Assembly (NCBI GenBank): GCA_963740905.1
Contig: CAVUFY010000013.1
Span: 264,147-328,146 of the forward strand
Direction: 5' to 3'
DNA from: an uncultured delta proteobacterium
Lineage (GTDB): Bacteria; Desulfobacterota; DSM-4660; Desulfatiglandales; HGW-15
DNA: 64,000 bases
Both the position numbers and the translations under genes were made by a program. Shown here piece after piece: positions 62,019-64,000 of the stretch; positions within the stretch are counted from its first letter, which is position 1; each line of letters opens with the position of its first letter. The notes under the pieces are model-generated. The model saw nothing but the letters and a program-made list of their open reading frames with translations. It made no database searches and was not told where the DNA came from.

Positions 62019-63349
62019 TGCGTTACCTTCCCCACACGGCGGAAGAAATTGCAGAGATGCTCCGGGTTGCGGGTGCGGAGAGCCTGGATGCTTTGTTCTC
62101 AGTAGTTCCGGAGGAATGCCGCCGCAAAAACAGGATGAACCTTCCCGAGCCGCTCACAGAGTGGGAGCTGAACAATTTGATGAGCACTCTTGCCCGAACC
62201 ACGGCTGTGCCGCCCGAGTATGCGATCTATCTCGGTGCAGGCCGATACCAACATCATATCCCCTATGCAGTCTCCTATCTACTCGGCCGCTCGGAGTTTC
62301 TCACTTCATACACTCCCTACCAGCCCGAGGTTAGTCAGGGAACACTTCAGGCTATCTACGAGTATCAGACTCTGACTGCCCGGCTTCTTGGGATGGAGGT
62401 AGCGAATGCTTCCATGTATGATGGGGCCTCCGCGCTCGCTGAAGCGCTTCTCATGGCTGTTCGGATCACGCACAGAAAAAGAGTGGTCTTGTCAGGACTG
62501 ATCCATCCCCAATATCGACGGGTTGTCCGCACCTACTTCGAGCCCACGGGCTTCGATGTGCTGGAATTGCCTCGTCTCGAAGATGGGAGAACCGACCCTT
62601 CGTCTCTTTTCGCAGTGGATGATGTTGCCGCCGTGGCCGTTCAATCGCCTAATTTCTTCGGTTGCGTTGAAGATCTCGCCTCCTTTGCAGAGAAGACCCA
62701 TCAAAAAGGAGCCCTTTTGGTCGTTGGCTTTACCGAGCCTTTGGCTTACGGCCTCTTCAAGAATCCGGGTAGCCTGGGGGCCGACATCGCCTGCGGTGAA
62801 GGTCAGAGCCTTGGCATCGCTCAGTCCTTCGGCGGGCCGGGACTCGGCATGTTTAGCAGCTGGATGAAGTATGTGAGGAATATGCCCGGCCGACTAGTGG
62901 GGCAAACAACGGACTTGGAGGGCCAGCGGGGATTTGTCCTGACGCTCGCTACGAGAGAACAGCACATCCGCAGGGAAAAGGCCACCTCTAACATCTGTAC
63001 CAACAACAGCCATTGTGCCCTTGCGGCTGCCATGTACATGGCCTCTCTTGGAGGGACAGGGTTCAGAGAACTTGCCCGCCTGAATCGGGACAAATCCGAG
63101 TACCTCAAAGAGAGCTTGCGGAAGGTGGGCTTCACCTTCCCTTTTTCATCGCCCACCTTCAACGAGTTTGTCGCTGAGGCACCGGAAGGATTTGCGAAGA
63201 CTTATCAGCAACTGCTGGAAAAGAAGATTGTGGCCGGCCTGCCTCTAGCCTCTTTTTACGCCGACCTGCCCAACCATTACCTTTTTTGCGCCACCGAAAC
63301 GAAGACCAGTGAAGACATGGATGTCTTGGCAAAGGAGATCCAGCAATGA
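62018..63349 (+). CDS. gcvPA: Glycine dehydrogenase (decarboxylating) subunit 1
   Basis: MRYLPHT..EI..ML...GAGRYQHHIP...SYTPYQPEVSQGTLQAIYEYQT. TAATG overlap with gcvH. Confidence 0.93.
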   Translation: MRYLPHTAEEIAEMLRVAGAESLDALFSVVPEECRRKNRMNLPEPLTEWELNNLMSTLARTTAVPPEYAIYLGAGRYQHHIPYAVSYLLGRSEFLTSYTPYQPEVSQGTLQAIYEYQTLTARLLGMEVANASMYDGASALAEALLMAVRITHRKRVVLSGLIHPQYRRVVRTYFEPTGFDVLELPRLEDGRTDPSSLFAVDDVAAVAVQSPNFFGCVEDLASFAEKTHQKGALLVVGFTEPLAYGLFKNPGSLGADIACGEGQSLGIAQSFGGPGLGMFSSWMKYVRNMPGRLVGQTTDLEGQRGFVLTLATREQHIRREKATSNICTNNSHCALAAAMYMASLGGTGFRELARLNRDKSEYLKESLRKVGFTFPFSSPTFNEFVAEAPEGFAKTYQQLLEKKIVAGLPLASFYADLPNHYLFCATETKTSEDMDVLAKEIQQ

Positions 63350-64000
63350 ACCATGCTGTGGGAACGACAGGCTTGATCCTGAATGAGCCCCTGCTCTGGG
63401 AGAAGGGAAGTCGCGGAAGAAACGGGTTTTCCCTTCCCCGCAGGGACGTGGAGCCCTGCTCCATTGAGAAGGACCTTGAGGGTGAAGGGCCCGACTTCCC
63501 CGATCTCAGCGAGGTGGATATCGTCCGTCACTACACGAGGCTTTCCACGTGGAACTTTGGTGTAGACACCGGTATGTACCCTCTAGGATCTTGCACCATG
63601 AAGTACAACCCCAAGACAAACGAGCGGCAGGCTTGCCTGCCGGGGTTTGCGGCAGCCCATCCTCTTCTGCCGAGTTCTCTGTCGCAGGGTTTGCTCAAAA
63701 TGATGTTTGAACTGGAGGCGTTCTTGGCCGAGATCACAGGTCTGGATGCGGTTACCCTTCAGCCTGCCGCAGGTGCGCAAGGAGAATTGACGGGTATGCT
63801 CCTGATCCACGCCTATCACAGCAGCACGGGGCGACGCCCCTCGAAAATCATCGTCCCTGACACCGCTCACGGCACGAATCCGGCCAGCGCGGCACTCTGC
63901 GGTTATCGACCCGTCCCTGTGGAGACTAATGAGAGGGGCATTCTTTCTCTTGAGAGCATTGCGAAGGTTATGGATGAGGATACGGCAGCGCTGATGGTGA
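63346..64000 (+). CDS. gcvPB: Glycine dehydrogenase (decarboxylating) subunit 2, N-terminal part (runs off the window)
   Basis: My own translation from the ATG at 63346 gives MNHAVGTTGLILNEPLLWEKGSRGR...VRHYTRLSTWNFGVDTGMYPLGSCTMKYNPK...PDTAHGTNPASA. ATGA overlap with gcvPA; no stop before 64000. Confidence 0.9.
   Translation, partial: MNHAVGTTGLILNEPLLWEKGSRGRNGFSLPRRDVEPCSIEKDLEGEGPDFPDLSEVDIVRHYTRLSTWNFGVDTGMYPLGSCTMKYNPKTNERQACLPGFAAAHPLLPSSLSQGLLKMMFELEAFLAEITGLDAVTLQPAAGAQGELTGMLLIHAYHSSTGRRPSKIIVPDTAHGTNPASAALCGYRPVPVETNERGILSLESIAKVMDEDTAALMV

Noticed and set aside
1-64000. CRISPR arrays, tRNA/rRNA genes, IS elements, integrases and prophage genes.
   Set aside because: Reading both strands by eye, I found no regularly spaced repeats, no GTTCGAATC-type T-arm contexts outside coding or SRP sequence, and no transposase- or integrase-like translations. 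A tRNAscan/Infernal run would confirm this.

Overview
This window is a 64-kb chromosomal segment from a moderately GC-rich bacterium, and most of it is housekeeping. All calls come from reading the ORF translations and the nucleotide text by eye; no searches or computations were run.

The gene content suggests an anaerobe of the deltaproteobacterial type (Thermodesulfobacteriota-like). That placement is inference. It rests on two tungsten-type aldehyde:ferredoxin oxidoreductases, sigma54 two-component control, a split glycine cleavage P protein, CooC-, ComB- and AMMECR1-like genes, and an MglA-type GTPase.

I call about 70 protein genes and one confident RNA gene, a long Alu-domain SRP RNA. 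I also call one candidate novel sRNA, several intrinsic terminators, and a few promoters or operators. I saw no rRNA, tRNA, CRISPR array, transposase or integrase.

The most interesting loci are:
1. **AOR island, 31.4-41.6 kb.** A second AOR is flanked by an IclR regulator, a NarI-like membrane protein fused to a 2x[4Fe-4S] domain, a translationally coupled zinc-ribbon mini-protein, a poly-ferredoxin, an orphan EutA-like ATPase, MobB/MoaD/MoeB, and a frameshifted radical-SAM-like gene with a split Cys motif.
2. **Glycine locus, 57.1-64 kb.** One 883-codon ORF fuses the GcvT aminomethyltransferase to a serine hydroxymethyltransferase. A ParB/Srx-fold protein follows it, and lrp-gcvH-gcvPA-gcvPB runs divergently.
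3. **AT-rich island, 55.1-55.5 kb.** A near-consensus promoter here drives a terminator-bounded non-coding transcript of about 255 nt that I could not assign to a family.
4. **ORFan block and polarity module, 49-54.4 kb.** A visibly AT-richer ORFan block sits next to an MglA-like / DUF4388-cNMP module.
5. **sigma54 promoter, 4838-4853.** A textbook sigma54 promoter with an upstream palindrome drives a tiny orphan gene.

Two genes carry apparent 1-nt frameshifts. These could be real or could be assembly errors.
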